A stretch of 64,000 nucleotides of DNA from Candidatus Methanomethylicus oleisabuli (GCA_001717025.1 MAGU01000051.1:227-64226); one strand, 5' to 3'. Shown: positions 19,271-28,417, numbered from the stretch's first letter. Numbers and translations are program-made. The notes: generated by a model from the letters alone, not told the origin.

Positions 19271-20826
19271 TGGAGAACTCGATCCTTCCATTGGTAGCCC
19301 CCCTCGCCCTCCTCGTCGGCGGCATACTTGCCCCGCTCGTCTCGAAGGGAGGGAAGGGGATGCTCTCCATACTCTCCGTATTCTTCATCGCAGCTATTGG
19401 CGCAAACACGTTCATGCTCCTCACCGTCGGTGAGGGCGCCCTTTACTATCCTGCGCCGGCGGGCATAGTCATAAACGCCTCGTCAGCATTTGTCATCGAG
19501 CTGGCGCTAATCCTGGGCTTCCTGGGCGCGGTGTACAGCCTACAGTACTTCGTAGACAGCACCCACTTGGGCGCCTTCTACACCCTGTACTGCATATTCG
19601 TCGCATCCCTCGTCGTGATGGCGTCCTCCTTCAACATGCTCATAATATATACCTGCTTCGAGGCTAGCACCATCGCCGGCGGCATCCTAATACTGTTCAC
19701 CCGTAGGACGTCCGCCACGAAGGCGGCGGTCCGCTTCTTCATAATGAGCGTCATTGGCGCTTTGATAATTCTCGTAGGCATACTCTACCAGAACTATGCC
19801 ACTGGCGCCTTCATGCTCAGCGCATCCGCATTCGAGTCGCTGGCAGCGTCCGACCTGGTCTTGCTAGCCGCCATATACTCCATAGGATTCAGCATTAAGG
19901 TCGGCGTCTTCCCGTTTGGACTCCTGTGGCTCCCGTCCGCCCATAGCGAGGCGCCAACCCCAGTCAGCGCCATACTCAGCGGGGTGATGGTCCAGATGGC
20001 GGCATTCGCCGTCGCCCGCATAGTCGGAGTGATGGCGCCCCAGAGTGCAACGCTTGCTTATCTGCTGATCGGCATGGGCGCCCTCAGCGTGATAGTGGGC
20101 GCATCGCTCGCGGCGGTTGAGGCGACCGCTGGAAGCAAGTGGTCCCGCTTCCATGTAGGCGCGGTCAATATAAGGGGCATAAAGCGCATATGGGCGTTCT
20201 CCACCTCCTCTGAGGTCGGCGTCTTCTACATCCTCATCGGGCTAGGCATACTCGAACCTGCCCTGTTGCCGGTCTTCTTCGTGGGCATCCTCCTCCACTT
20301 CCTCAATCACGGTCTCGCAAAGGCGCTACTCTTCTTCGACAGTGGCTTCATCATTGAGACGAGCAGGGTCGCGGACCTCTCTGTGCTCAAAGGCATGGGG
20401 CGCAAGCTCGGCCCTAACGGGATGACCTACCTAGTCGGCGGCTTCTCGCTTGCTCTGATACCTGGAACCCTTGGATACACCACGTTCAGGGAGTTCACGT
20501 CCCCCAACGTCAGCATATACCTTACCGCTACGGTCTTCGCCGCTGCAGCGCTCATATTCTTCTCCACCGTTTACTCGTTGCGCTGCTTCGCGTCTGGCAA
20601 GCCCAAAGCTAAGGTGGAGTACTTGGGGACGCAGGAGGGGGGCCACGCGCTGCTCAGACTACCTGGCATAGTCATAGCCGTATGCATCCTCGTCCTTGGC
20701 ATAATAATTACTCTGGGGGCAAACAACATAGCCTTCCAAGGCACATTCATGCAGATTGAGGAGTGGCTCGAGATGGCAGCCACGACGATATTCCACGAAA
20801 CGGCGGTATTGGGGGTGGGCCTCTAA
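19267..20826 (+). CDS. NuoL/HyfB/MnhD-family antiporter-like membrane subunit of group 4 hydrogenase
   Basis: LWLPSAHSEAPTPVSAILSGVMV matches the proton-antiporter (PF00361-type) signature WLPxAxxGPTPVSAL. About 14 TM helices. Confidence 0.8.
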   Translation: MMENSILPLVAPLALLVGGILAPLVSKGGKGMLSILSVFFIAAIGANTFMLLTVGEGALYYPAPAGIVINASSAFVIELALILGFLGAVYSLQYFVDSTHLGAFYTLYCIFVASLVVMASSFNMLIIYTCFEASTIAGGILILFTRRTSATKAAVRFFIMSVIGALIILVGILYQNYATGAFMLSASAFESLAASDLVLLAAIYSIGFSIKVGVFPFGLLWLPSAHSEAPTPVSAILSGVMVQMAAFAVARIVGVMAPQSATLAYLLIGMGALSVIVGASLAAVEATAGSKWSRFHVGAVNIRGIKRIWAFSTSSEVGVFYILIGLGILEPALLPVFFVGILLHFLNHGLAKALLFFDSGFIIETSRVADLSVLKGMGRKLGPNGMTYLVGGFSLALIPGTLGYTTFREFTSPNVSIYLTATVFAAAALIFFSTVYSLRCFASGKPKAKVEYLGTQEGGHALLRLPGIVIAVCILVLGIIITLGANNIAFQGTFMQIEEWLEMAATTIFHETAVLGVGL

Positions 20827-21386
20827 TGGTGACGGCACACAAGTATAGCCCTCCGGCATTCCACGTTCTCGCACCGAGGATCCAGAAGCGGCTAGGCGAG
20901 CCGATAACCGTCCCCGGGACTGATGAGAAGGTTACCGACTTGGTCGTTGTCCACGACCCAAACAAGTGCACTGGTTGCAACCAGTGCATGATCGGGTGCG
21001 CCTACAAGCACTACCGGACGTTCGACAGGAGCTTCGCTCTGCTCTACGTCAACGAGTCGCCAGACAAGAACGGCTTCTACGTCAATGCCAACTGCCAGCA
21101 CTGCGTCTTCCCCATGTGCCTAGCATCGTGCCCCAAGGAGGCGATATACAAGGACGAGAAGGGTATCGTCCGGATCTCTCCTCTGCTATGCGTTGGCTGC
21201 GGCACTTGCAACCAGGCTTGCCCTATTGGCATACCACGCCTGGATGATGAACGCAAGATCTTCGTGAAGTGCGACTTCTGCGACGGCGATTACCCGATGT
21301 GCTACCAGATGTGCAGTACAGGCGCGCTGAAGTTGCTGCCTCGCAAGGAGGCGTTCGAGCTGGTCAAGAAGCTTAGGAGCGTGTGA
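20826..21386 (+). CDS. HycB-like ferredoxin subunit with four [4Fe-4S] binding motifs
   Basis: Four motifs: CTGCNQCMIGC, CQHCVFPMCLASCP, CVGCGTCNQACP, CDFCDGDYPMCYQMC. The start ATG overlaps the upstream stop (TAATG). Confidence 0.8.
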   Translation: MVTAHKYSPPAFHVLAPRIQKRLGEPITVPGTDEKVTDLVVVHDPNKCTGCNQCMIGCAYKHYRTFDRSFALLYVNESPDKNGFYVNANCQHCVFPMCLASCPKEAIYKDEKGIVRISPLLCVGCGTCNQACPIGIPRLDDERKIFVKCDFCDGDYPMCYQMCSTGALKLLPRKEAFELVKKLRSV

Positions 21387-21390
21387 TCAG

Positions 21391-21744
21391 GTGTCAAGCG
21401 AACCGAAACCTCTGAAGAGCTGGATCAGGCTGCTTGAGGCAGGGAAGAAGATGACGTCCCACAAGCAGGACGAAGAGAGCATACTCTACCCGCTACGCCG
21501 GACCTTCAGGCCTGTCGCTCCTGACATCACCAAAGGGTCGCTTAAGCGGGACTTTGAGCAGGGTCTGGTATACTACGTTGGTGACGAAATCGAGGATGAC
21601 CGGGCAGCCTGCGGACTCGATAGGCTGCCCCCCACTGGACGGATTTACCCCGACGCCGTTGTGAAGAAGAGGGTGATCCTCGAGGAAGCAGGCGTCTTCA
21701 AGAAGACCGCCTACAACAAGAAGAAGGGGACTTTTGATTACTGA
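21391..21744 (+). CDS. hypothetical 117-aa protein embedded in hydrogenase operon
   Basis: Hydrophilic and charged, with no Cys motifs. It sits between the hycB-like and CCG-protein genes with 4-6 nt spacers. Confidence 0.4.
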   Translation: MSSEPKPLKSWIRLLEAGKKMTSHKQDEESILYPLRRTFRPVAPDITKGSLKRDFEQGLVYYVGDEIEDDRAACGLDRLPPTGRIYPDAVVKKRVILEEAGVFKKTAYNKKKGTFDY

Positions 21745-21750
21745 ACGCGA

Positions 21751-22788
21751 TTGGTGGTACCCATGTCTGTTGCTAAACCAAATTTAAACTCAAAGGTCGA
21801 ATCGAATAATGCCTCGAATGGCGCCTCAGAGTCTCTGAACTTATCCAGCAACAATGTGAAACCGACGAAGTATGGCTACTTCTTGGGCTGCGTGATGCCC
21901 GCGAAGATGCCGTGGGCGGAGAAGGCAACGATGATCATATCAAAGCACCTTGGGCTGGACTTTGGTTACATGAAGGAGGCGCTCTGCTGCGCTAGACCTG
22001 GGGTGTGGAAGGCAATAAGCCCTGACTGGTGGCTCAGCCTAACGGCGCAGAACCTCGCAAATGCCGAAAAGCAGGGGATAACCATCGTCGATACATGCAA
22101 CGGTTGCTGGATCTCACACTACGAGGCCATAAAAGAGCTCACCGAGGAGCCCGAGAAGATGAAGATGGTCAACGATCAACTCGCGAAGGTCGATCTGCAT
22201 CTTAAGGGAGACGTAAAGGTCAAGCATTACCTTGAGCTCCTCCACGACGATGTGGGCATGGAGAAGATCGTCTCACGCGTCGTGCGCCCGCTAACCGGAA
22301 TAAGGGTCATGAGGCACATCGGTTGCCACGCAAGGAAGCACGACGAGACGTTGCCAAACGATTTCGACGAGATCCTCAGGGCAACGGGTGTGGAGATCAT
22401 CGACACTCCCTACGACAAGACCTGCTGCGGCCTATTGCTATACTTTGCAGACCCAAACCAAGCCATACTGGAGCGCATAGGTAAGAAGATGAAGACCGCC
22501 CAGGCACTAGATGTGGATGCATACGTGATCATCTGCTCGGGTTGCTACGACCAGTTCGAGAGGGGTGTTAAGATATACCGGGATGAGAAGGGAATAAGCT
22601 TCGAGACCCCCATTATACACTTCTCGGAGCTGCTTGCACTAGCGTTCGGCTACGAGCCGGAGGACTTTGGCATGACGCGCTGCCGACCCATAGCCGTTGA
22701 CAGGTTCATCGAGAAGGTCAAGGCAATAACCGCTGAGAACGCCAAGAAAGCGGCGGGGGCAAAGGAGAAGGGGGATGGTTTGCCATGA
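21751..22788 (+). CDS. HdrB-like protein with two complete CCG (cysteine-rich) domains
   Basis: First domain C-X31-CC-X35-CxxC (GCV...EALCCARPG...CNGC). Second domain C-X32-CC-X35-CxxC (GCH...KTCCGLL...CSGC). All ten Cys of the noncubane-cluster-binding pattern are present. Confidence 0.8.
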   Translation: MVVPMSVAKPNLNSKVESNNASNGASESLNLSSNNVKPTKYGYFLGCVMPAKMPWAEKATMIISKHLGLDFGYMKEALCCARPGVWKAISPDWWLSLTAQNLANAEKQGITIVDTCNGCWISHYEAIKELTEEPEKMKMVNDQLAKVDLHLKGDVKVKHYLELLHDDVGMEKIVSRVVRPLTGIRVMRHIGCHARKHDETLPNDFDEILRATGVEIIDTPYDKTCCGLLLYFADPNQAILERIGKKMKTAQALDVDAYVIICSGCYDQFERGVKIYRDEKGISFETPIIHFSELLALAFGYEPEDFGMTRCRPIAVDRFIEKVKAITAENAKKAAGAKEKGDGLP

Positions 22789-24497
22789 AATTCGAGTCCG
22801 ATCCAACGTTGGTCGACTTCGTCAGGACCGAGGTGGTGCCAGAGGGGACCTCATTCAGGGCTCTCCACGAGAACAGGGTTGCCGTAAGGATCAACGCCGA
22901 GGACGCCGACAGGCTGGCTGGGAGGTTCATGAGTAGATTCAATGCCCGCCTCATCCACGAGACCGCCGTGGACATGGAGGTGGAGGGGTTCGACATGGTC
23001 TACATCTACGACTTCTCCAAGGTGAAGGACCGGCTGGTAGTCGTACTTGAGGCACGGATATCTAAGGACGACCCGTCTCCGCCCTCGATTGCAAAGATCA
23101 CTTGGCAGGCGAGCTGGGCAGAGCGCGAGATACACGACCTCCTCGGCATCAGCCCCAGGGGGACGCCAGATCCGCGCAAGCAGTTCCTGCCATATGAGTG
23201 GCCAAACGCGGCAGAGAGCGGGGCAGCTCCGCCGCCACCAGAAAAGGGCCCCTCTGGTCCGCAGGAGAAGTGGATTCCGCTCGGCATCGCGCCTAACGAC
23301 GCCTATGCAACGCTTATCCCTATAGGCCCATACCATCCGGGCGTTATAGAGGGGCAGACCGTCTATGTCAAGGTTGAGGGCGAGACCGTCGTCTCTGCCG
23401 ACATAAAGACCGGCTTCCACCACAGGGGCATACAGAAGCTCATCGAACGCCGGGGCTACCACAAGGGCGTCTTCGCCGCTGAGAGGGTCTGTGGCATCTG
23501 TAGTGCTGCGCACGGCCTCGCCTACGTGACTGCGTGCGAGAACCTATACGAAGCCGAGGTGCCGGACAGGGCGCTCTACTTGAGAACCCTCCTGCTGGAG
23601 CTGAACAGGGTTCACAGCCACCTCCTCTGGATAGGCGTAGTGGCGGACGTCATTGGCTGGAAGACCGGCTTCCACCTCTCGTGGGGTATCAGGGAGCGCG
23701 TTATGGACATCATCGAATCGATAACGGGTAACAGGGTCAACTACGGCATATGGCGCATCGGTGGCATGAGCAGGGACGTGTCCAAGGAACTGGCAGAGAG
23801 GGTGCTGCCGGCAGTCAAGGCGCTCAAAGCCGAGATGGCCCAGCTTCTGCCCGAGATTGCTGCGCATTCGGTCGTGAAGTCGAGGCTTGTGGGGGTCGGG
23901 CCCCTCTCTTATGCGGACGCATTCGACGGTGGCGCGGTAGGGCCGGTCGCAAGGGCAAGCAACTGGAGGATAGACGTCAGGGCAGACAACCCCCCTCACG
24001 CGATGTACGACCCCAAGGTCATCAGCTGGGAGGTCGTCACTGATGAGGGATGCGACACCTATGGGCGCACGCTAGTGAGGGTTAAGGAACTTCTCGTCTC
24101 TTCTGAGATCATTATCCAGTGCCTCGAGTACTTGGCAAAGACAACCGGAGATATCCGGCTAGAGCCGAAGGTCATACCCGTGAACTCTGAGGGGATAGGG
24201 CTCAACGAAGCTCCCAGGGGGGAGCTAGTCCATTACGTCAGGGCAAGCGAGTTCAACATGAACCTGCCGCAGGCATACAGGATACGGACGCCAAGCTACA
24301 GGAACAACGCACTGATTCCAAAGATGCTAGTTGGCGCCAACTTGGCAGACGTGCCTGTCGTGATGGGCAGCACCGACCAGTGCCTCGCATGCACCGACCG
24401 GTTTGAGGTGATCCGCGAGGGGGGCGGCGCATCGCAGTCCATGAGCTGGGGCGAGCTCGTGGCGCTAGGCAGGAGGGGACGGTTCGGGAGGGTTTAA
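22785..24497 (+). CDS. group 4 [NiFe]-hydrogenase large subunit (NuoC-NuoD-like fusion, HycE-type)
   Basis: The N-terminal 150 aa is NuoC-like. RVCGICSAAH (RxCGxCxxxH) and C-terminal DQCLACTDR (DxCxxCxxR) supply the four Ni-Fe cysteine ligands. Length is 570 aa. Confidence 0.85.
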   Translation: MKFESDPTLVDFVRTEVVPEGTSFRALHENRVAVRINAEDADRLAGRFMSRFNARLIHETAVDMEVEGFDMVYIYDFSKVKDRLVVVLEARISKDDPSPPSIAKITWQASWAEREIHDLLGISPRGTPDPRKQFLPYEWPNAAESGAAPPPPEKGPSGPQEKWIPLGIAPNDAYATLIPIGPYHPGVIEGQTVYVKVEGETVVSADIKTGFHHRGIQKLIERRGYHKGVFAAERVCGICSAAHGLAYVTACENLYEAEVPDRALYLRTLLLELNRVHSHLLWIGVVADVIGWKTGFHLSWGIRERVMDIIESITGNRVNYGIWRIGGMSRDVSKELAERVLPAVKALKAEMAQLLPEIAAHSVVKSRLVGVGPLSYADAFDGGAVGPVARASNWRIDVRADNPPHAMYDPKVISWEVVTDEGCDTYGRTLVRVKELLVSSEIIIQCLEYLAKTTGDIRLEPKVIPVNSEGIGLNEAPRGELVHYVRASEFNMNLPQAYRIRTPSYRNNALIPKMLVGANLADVPVVMGSTDQCLACTDRFEVIREGGGASQSMSWGELVALGRRGRFGRV

Positions 24498-24499
24498 CC

Positions 24500-25474
24500 A
24501 TGGTCGACCATGTCTTCACGATCCTATCGATAGCGCTGATAATTCCAATCAGCCTCTTCCTTGGCGTGATGTATTCGTTTCTCATAAGGAAACTAAGCGC
24601 AAGGTTCCAGTGGAGGGTCGGTCCAATCGTCAGGATGTACGGCGACCTCGCCCCCGTCATCGGGTCGACTAGAATCTGGCAGCCGCTTTACGACATACTC
24701 AAGCTCTTCGGGAAGGACGCCTTGATCCCCTCAACAGCTCATAAGAGGCTCTTCACTTGGTCGCCCTACCTCTCCCTCTTCTTCAGCTTCGCAGCAGTTC
24801 TGTTCATTCCGTTCCCCGGCTTGCCGCTGCTATCCGGCACCCCTTACAGCCTCATCATAGCATCCTACCTGCTGATCGCGTCGATATTGTTCACGATACT
24901 CGGTCCAGCCGCCAGCGGATCTCCTTGGGGCGCCATAGGCGCGAGGCGCGAGGTTGAACTCTTCCTTGTCGCTGAGCTGAGCTTCGTTGCAAGCCTATTC
25001 GTGGTCGCGGTAACGAAGGGCACGCTTGTCATATCAGAGCTCGCTGGTTTCGTTGGCAGCATCCCCATGATGCTGGTCACGGCGCTCGCGGGCATAACGA
25101 TGTTCGCAGCCATGCTTGGCAAGCTGCACATCAAGCCGTTCGATATGCCTGAGGCAGAGTGCGAGATCGTTGCAGGACCATACACCGAGTACTCGGGCAA
25201 GCTACTCGGCACATACTTCCTAGCCAAGGTATTTGTTCTATACAACATGGTTGCCCTGTTCATCGCAGTATTCCTGCCCCCCCTGTCATCTTCAGTACTG
25301 TGGTTGCCCCTCTATGTCGTCGCAGCGCTGGTTCTAATATTTCTGCTTGCCGTCGTCCATGTCCTGAACCCAAGGTACACCATTGCAAAGGCGCTAATGT
25401 GGTACACAAAGATCATAGTCCCGTTGGTTATAGTTGGTTTCATAGCTGCATTCTTTCTGAGGGTGGTTGCATAG
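24500..25474 (+). CDS. NuoH/HycD/EchB-like membrane subunit
   Basis: 324 aa with about 8 TM helices and NuoH-like conserved loops. It starts 3 nt after the large-subunit stop. Confidence 0.8.
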   Translation: MVDHVFTILSIALIIPISLFLGVMYSFLIRKLSARFQWRVGPIVRMYGDLAPVIGSTRIWQPLYDILKLFGKDALIPSTAHKRLFTWSPYLSLFFSFAAVLFIPFPGLPLLSGTPYSLIIASYLLIASILFTILGPAASGSPWGAIGARREVELFLVAELSFVASLFVVAVTKGTLVISELAGFVGSIPMMLVTALAGITMFAAMLGKLHIKPFDMPEAECEIVAGPYTEYSGKLLGTYFLAKVFVLYNMVALFIAVFLPPLSSSVLWLPLYVVAALVLIFLLAVVHVLNPRYTIAKALMWYTKIIVPLVIVGFIAAFFLRVVA

Positions 25475-26062
25475 ATGTCCACACACATCAAGATCCTGAA
25501 ACAGGTCATACAAAAATACAGCTCGCCGATGACCCTGAACTATCCTTCCAGCATCGACAAGAAACGTATGTACAGCCAGATACCGGAGGGTTTGAGGGGT
25601 TTCCTCGAGAGGGATGAGGAGAAATGCGTCGGTTGCCGGGCGTGCTACATGGTATGTTCTGGAAGGGCGACTAAGATCTTCGATACTGCCGACAAGAGGA
25701 CGGTGCAGGTCTTCCACTTCAGGTGCACTTACTGTGCGCACTGCGAGGAGTGTTGCCCTGAAGATGCGATAAAGCTGACCTCAAAGTTCGAGCTTGCCGT
25801 AACTGACAGGAATGACCCGAAGGCATACGTCAACACTGACCTAAAGATGCTCTCCTGCAAGGCATGCAACAAGCCTTACCTGCCTGAGAAGATGCAGAAG
25901 CGGGTGTTTGAGAGACTGAGCGAGAAGATAAATCCGAAGGTAAAGGGCGTCGTGGTCGAGGACTACCACAAGACCGAGGGGTTCTGCCCGGAGTGCAAGA
26001 GGGTCCGTGGGGTGCTGCTCGACACACACACCAAGAAGCACATATGGCTGGAGGTCGTTTAG
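25475..26062 (+). CDS. NuoI/HycF-like 2x[4Fe-4S] ferredoxin subunit
   Basis: CVGCRACYMVCSG and CTYCAHCEECCP motifs. Contiguous with neighbouring genes. Confidence 0.75.
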   Translation: MSTHIKILKQVIQKYSSPMTLNYPSSIDKKRMYSQIPEGLRGFLERDEEKCVGCRACYMVCSGRATKIFDTADKRTVQVFHFRCTYCAHCEECCPEDAIKLTSKFELAVTDRNDPKAYVNTDLKMLSCKACNKPYLPEKMQKRVFERLSEKINPKVKGVVVEDYHKTEGFCPECKRVRGVLLDTHTKKHIWLEVV

Positions 26063-26515
26063 ATGGGTCTCATAGACAGGGCTAGGATATACTCGCCATG
26101 GGTTTATCACTTACACTGCGGCGGATGCAATGGTTGCGATATAGAGACGCTTGCCGCGCTGGCACCCCGTTTCGACGTTGAGCGTTTCGGCATTCAGTTG
26201 GTTGCATCGCCTAGGCACGCCGACATACTCTTGGCTACGGGGTGTGTCCCGAAGCAATTCATCCCTATGGTCAAGAGGGTCTACAACCAGACCCCTGACC
26301 CCAAGGTGGTCGTTGCAATAGGCGGGTGTGCCTGCGGGGGGAGCCTCTTCTACGATGAGGACCCTGAGAACTATGCCATACTTGGATCGCCTGATATGCT
26401 GATACCGGTCGATGTATATGTCCCCGGGTGCGCCCCGAAGCCAGAGCAGATCATCAATGGAGTAGTCCAGGGGATACTAAAACTGAACGAAAAGGCAACG
26501 CGCAGGAGTAAGTGA
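26063..26515 (+). CDS. NuoB/HycG-like [NiFe]-hydrogenase small subunit
   Basis: HCGGCNGCDIE, GGCACGGSLF and PGCAPKPEQI correspond to the HycG/EchC proximal-cluster cysteines. Confidence 0.85.
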   Translation: MGLIDRARIYSPWVYHLHCGGCNGCDIETLAALAPRFDVERFGIQLVASPRHADILLATGCVPKQFIPMVKRVYNQTPDPKVVVAIGGCACGGSLFYDEDPENYAILGSPDMLIPVDVYVPGCAPKPEQIINGVVQGILKLNEKATRRSK

Positions 26516-26545
26516 GCCGTTGCACCACCGAATCTGGGATGACGA

Positions 26546-27409
26546 ATGAGATCAGGCGAAACGGTAATCTATGCGATGGATTGCATCGAAGGCATGAGGC
26601 GCTACGTGAAGGACCGGCAGGTCGACGCAATAGTGACCTCTCCGCCTTACAACTTGGGCATCAGGTACGGCAAGTATGATGATGCCATCCCACGGGCAGA
26701 TTACCTCCGTTGGATGACGAAGGTCGCTGAAGAGTGCAAGCGGGTCCTCAGTGACGATGGGTCATTCTTCCTCAACATAGGGTACTCGTCGAAGGATCCT
26801 TGGGTGGCATGGGAGGTCGCCTTCCAACTGCGGAGCATCTTCGAGCTTCAGAACGTCATCCACTGGATAAAGTCGATCGCCATAGAGAAGTCTCAGGTAG
26901 GCGGGCTCGCGAATATGTGCGGCGACGTGGCTGTGGGGCACTATAAGCCGATCAACAGCGACAGGTATCTGAACAAATGTCACGAGTATATATTTCACTT
27001 CACAAAGGGGGGCGATGTGCCGCTGGACCGGCTGGCCAACGGCGTCCCTTACCAGGACAAGAGCAATGTGCGGCGATGGGGCCGCACAGCAAGGGACTTG
27101 AGGGACCGCGGCGATACTTGGTTCATACCTTACGAGACGATCAAATCGAGCAAAAACGAGCGCCCCCACCCGTCGGCATTCCCTCCTAAGCTTCCAATGA
27201 TGTGCATCAAGCTACACGGTCTATGCAAAACGCATCTGGTCATGGATCCTTTCATGGGGATCGGGGACACCGCTATCGCATGCGCTCGGCTTGGCGTGGG
27301 GTGCATAGGCTTCGAGATAGACGAGTCTTACGTAAAGGTCGCTGAAGAGCGGCTGGCAGCCGAGAGGCGGGCGCTACAGTGGCAAAGTAATGCTTTGTTG
27401 ACGCATTAA
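26546..27409 (+). CDS. DNA methyltransferase, beta-class (SPPY motif IV before FxGxG motif I)
   Basis: VTSPPYNLG is near the N-terminus and HPSAFP...[12 protein letters not shown] near the C-terminus. This is the PF01555-type order. GC content is close to the host average. Confidence 0.85.
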   Translation: MRSGETVIYAMDCIEGMRRYVKDRQVDAIVTSPPYNLGIRYGKYDDAIPRADYLRWMTKVAEECKRVLSDDGSFFLNIGYSSKDPWVAWEVAFQLRSIFELQNVIHWIKSIAIEKSQVGGLANMCGDVAVGHYKPINSDRYLNKCHEYIFHFTKGGDVPLDRLANGVPYQDKSNVRRWGRTARDLRDRGDTWFIPYETIKSSKNERPHPSAFPPKLPMMCIKLHGLCKTHLVMDPFMGIGDTAIACARLGVGCIGFEIDESYVKVAEERLAAERRALQWQSNALLTH

Positions 27410-27428
27410 AAAGCGGTGAACCAAAAAA

Positions 27429-27971
27429 ATGACCTCTGAACCCTCTGCGCCGAGAACTTTCAGGATCGATGCCGATGTAATGCGGACCCTTGAGGAGGAG
27501 GCAAGGAAGCAAGGTGCTACGGTGAACGGCCTCACGTGCCGGATACTCAGGAAGTATGTGAAGATCGGCGTCAGGCTTGAACCCTTCGGCATGCTATACA
27601 TGCCGAGAACCCACATCATATCGCTGGTCAATGCTATCGACGACAAGACCCTTGCCGGCATCGCATCGGACATGGGCAGGCGTACGGCGAAGGAAGCGAT
27701 ACTGCAGCTCTACGGCGACCTCAGCATGCCTAGCTTCAAACAGTTCATCGAGATATACCTATGCGGCTATTCAAACTGGGCGTCCTACTACGAGGAGGAC
27801 CGAGGAAGCTTCGTCGAGATACGCATGGGCCACAGTATGGGCGACAAGTGGTCTCTCTTCATGAAGTCCTACCTAGAATCTGCACTCGACGAGATGGTCG
27901 GTAAGAAGCCAAACTTCAAGTACGTCTCTTCATTCAGCCTAATATTAGAGCTACGCAAGGATGCCACGTAG
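27429..27971 (+). CDS. ribbon-helix-helix (CopG/Arc-like) N-terminal domain protein with uncharacterised C-terminal domain
   Basis: RTFRIDADVMRTLEEEARKQGATVNGLTCRILRKY fits a beta-strand-helix-helix RHH pattern. It lies 20 nt downstream of the methyltransferase on the same strand. Confidence 0.45.
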   Translation: MTSEPSAPRTFRIDADVMRTLEEEARKQGATVNGLTCRILRKYVKIGVRLEPFGMLYMPRTHIISLVNAIDDKTLAGIASDMGRRTAKEAILQLYGDLSMPSFKQFIEIYLCGYSNWASYYEEDRGSFVEIRMGHSMGDKWSLFMKSYLESALDEMVGKKPNFKYVSSFSLILELRKDAT

Positions 27972-27973
27972 GG

Positions 27974-28417
27974 TCACGCACACCGCTCAGCTGGGCGCAT
28001 CTTCTGCTCCAGCCTGTAGGCCCTGGCGTTCGTCCCTCGTACAAAAACGTCCTTCGGGTGGGTGGAGGCGAGCCTATACGTCGCTTGGATCTCGTGCAGC
28101 AGATGCGGCTCTATGTAGATATCGCGCCCGCCCTCAGAAAACCGGAGACTGCACACTGTGCCCGCATCACCTTTTTTTTCAATTACGACGAACGTGTTCT
28201 CGCCCTCGATCCTATATGTCGCTATGTCATAGTCTGCCGTTAACGACTCGTCATGTCCGTCTATAACGTGCACCAGCTCAGTAGCGTACGATGCGACCAC
28301 CTCAGCGGCAATCCCCTTCATTATCTGGTGCTTCCTGTCTCCATGGAAGATCTGTAGGTAATGTGTCATCTCTCTCTTCTGTTTGTCCGATACCATCCAA
28401 AGGAGCGCCATTGTCAT
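27974..28417 (-). CDS. hypothetical protein with degenerate calcineurin-like phosphoesterase-like motifs
   Basis: MVSDKQ, IFHGD and VIDGHDE resemble SDTH, CGD and GHTH of small metallophosphoesterases, but metal-ligand residues are substituted. Very tentative. Confidence 0.3.
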   Translation of the reverse strand: MTMALLWMVSDKQKREMTHYLQIFHGDRKHQIMKGIAAEVVASYATELVHVIDGHDESLTADYDIATYRIEGENTFVVIEKKGDAGTVCSLRFSEGGRDIYIEPHLLHEIQATYRLASTHPKDVFVRGTNARAYRLEQKMRPAERCA

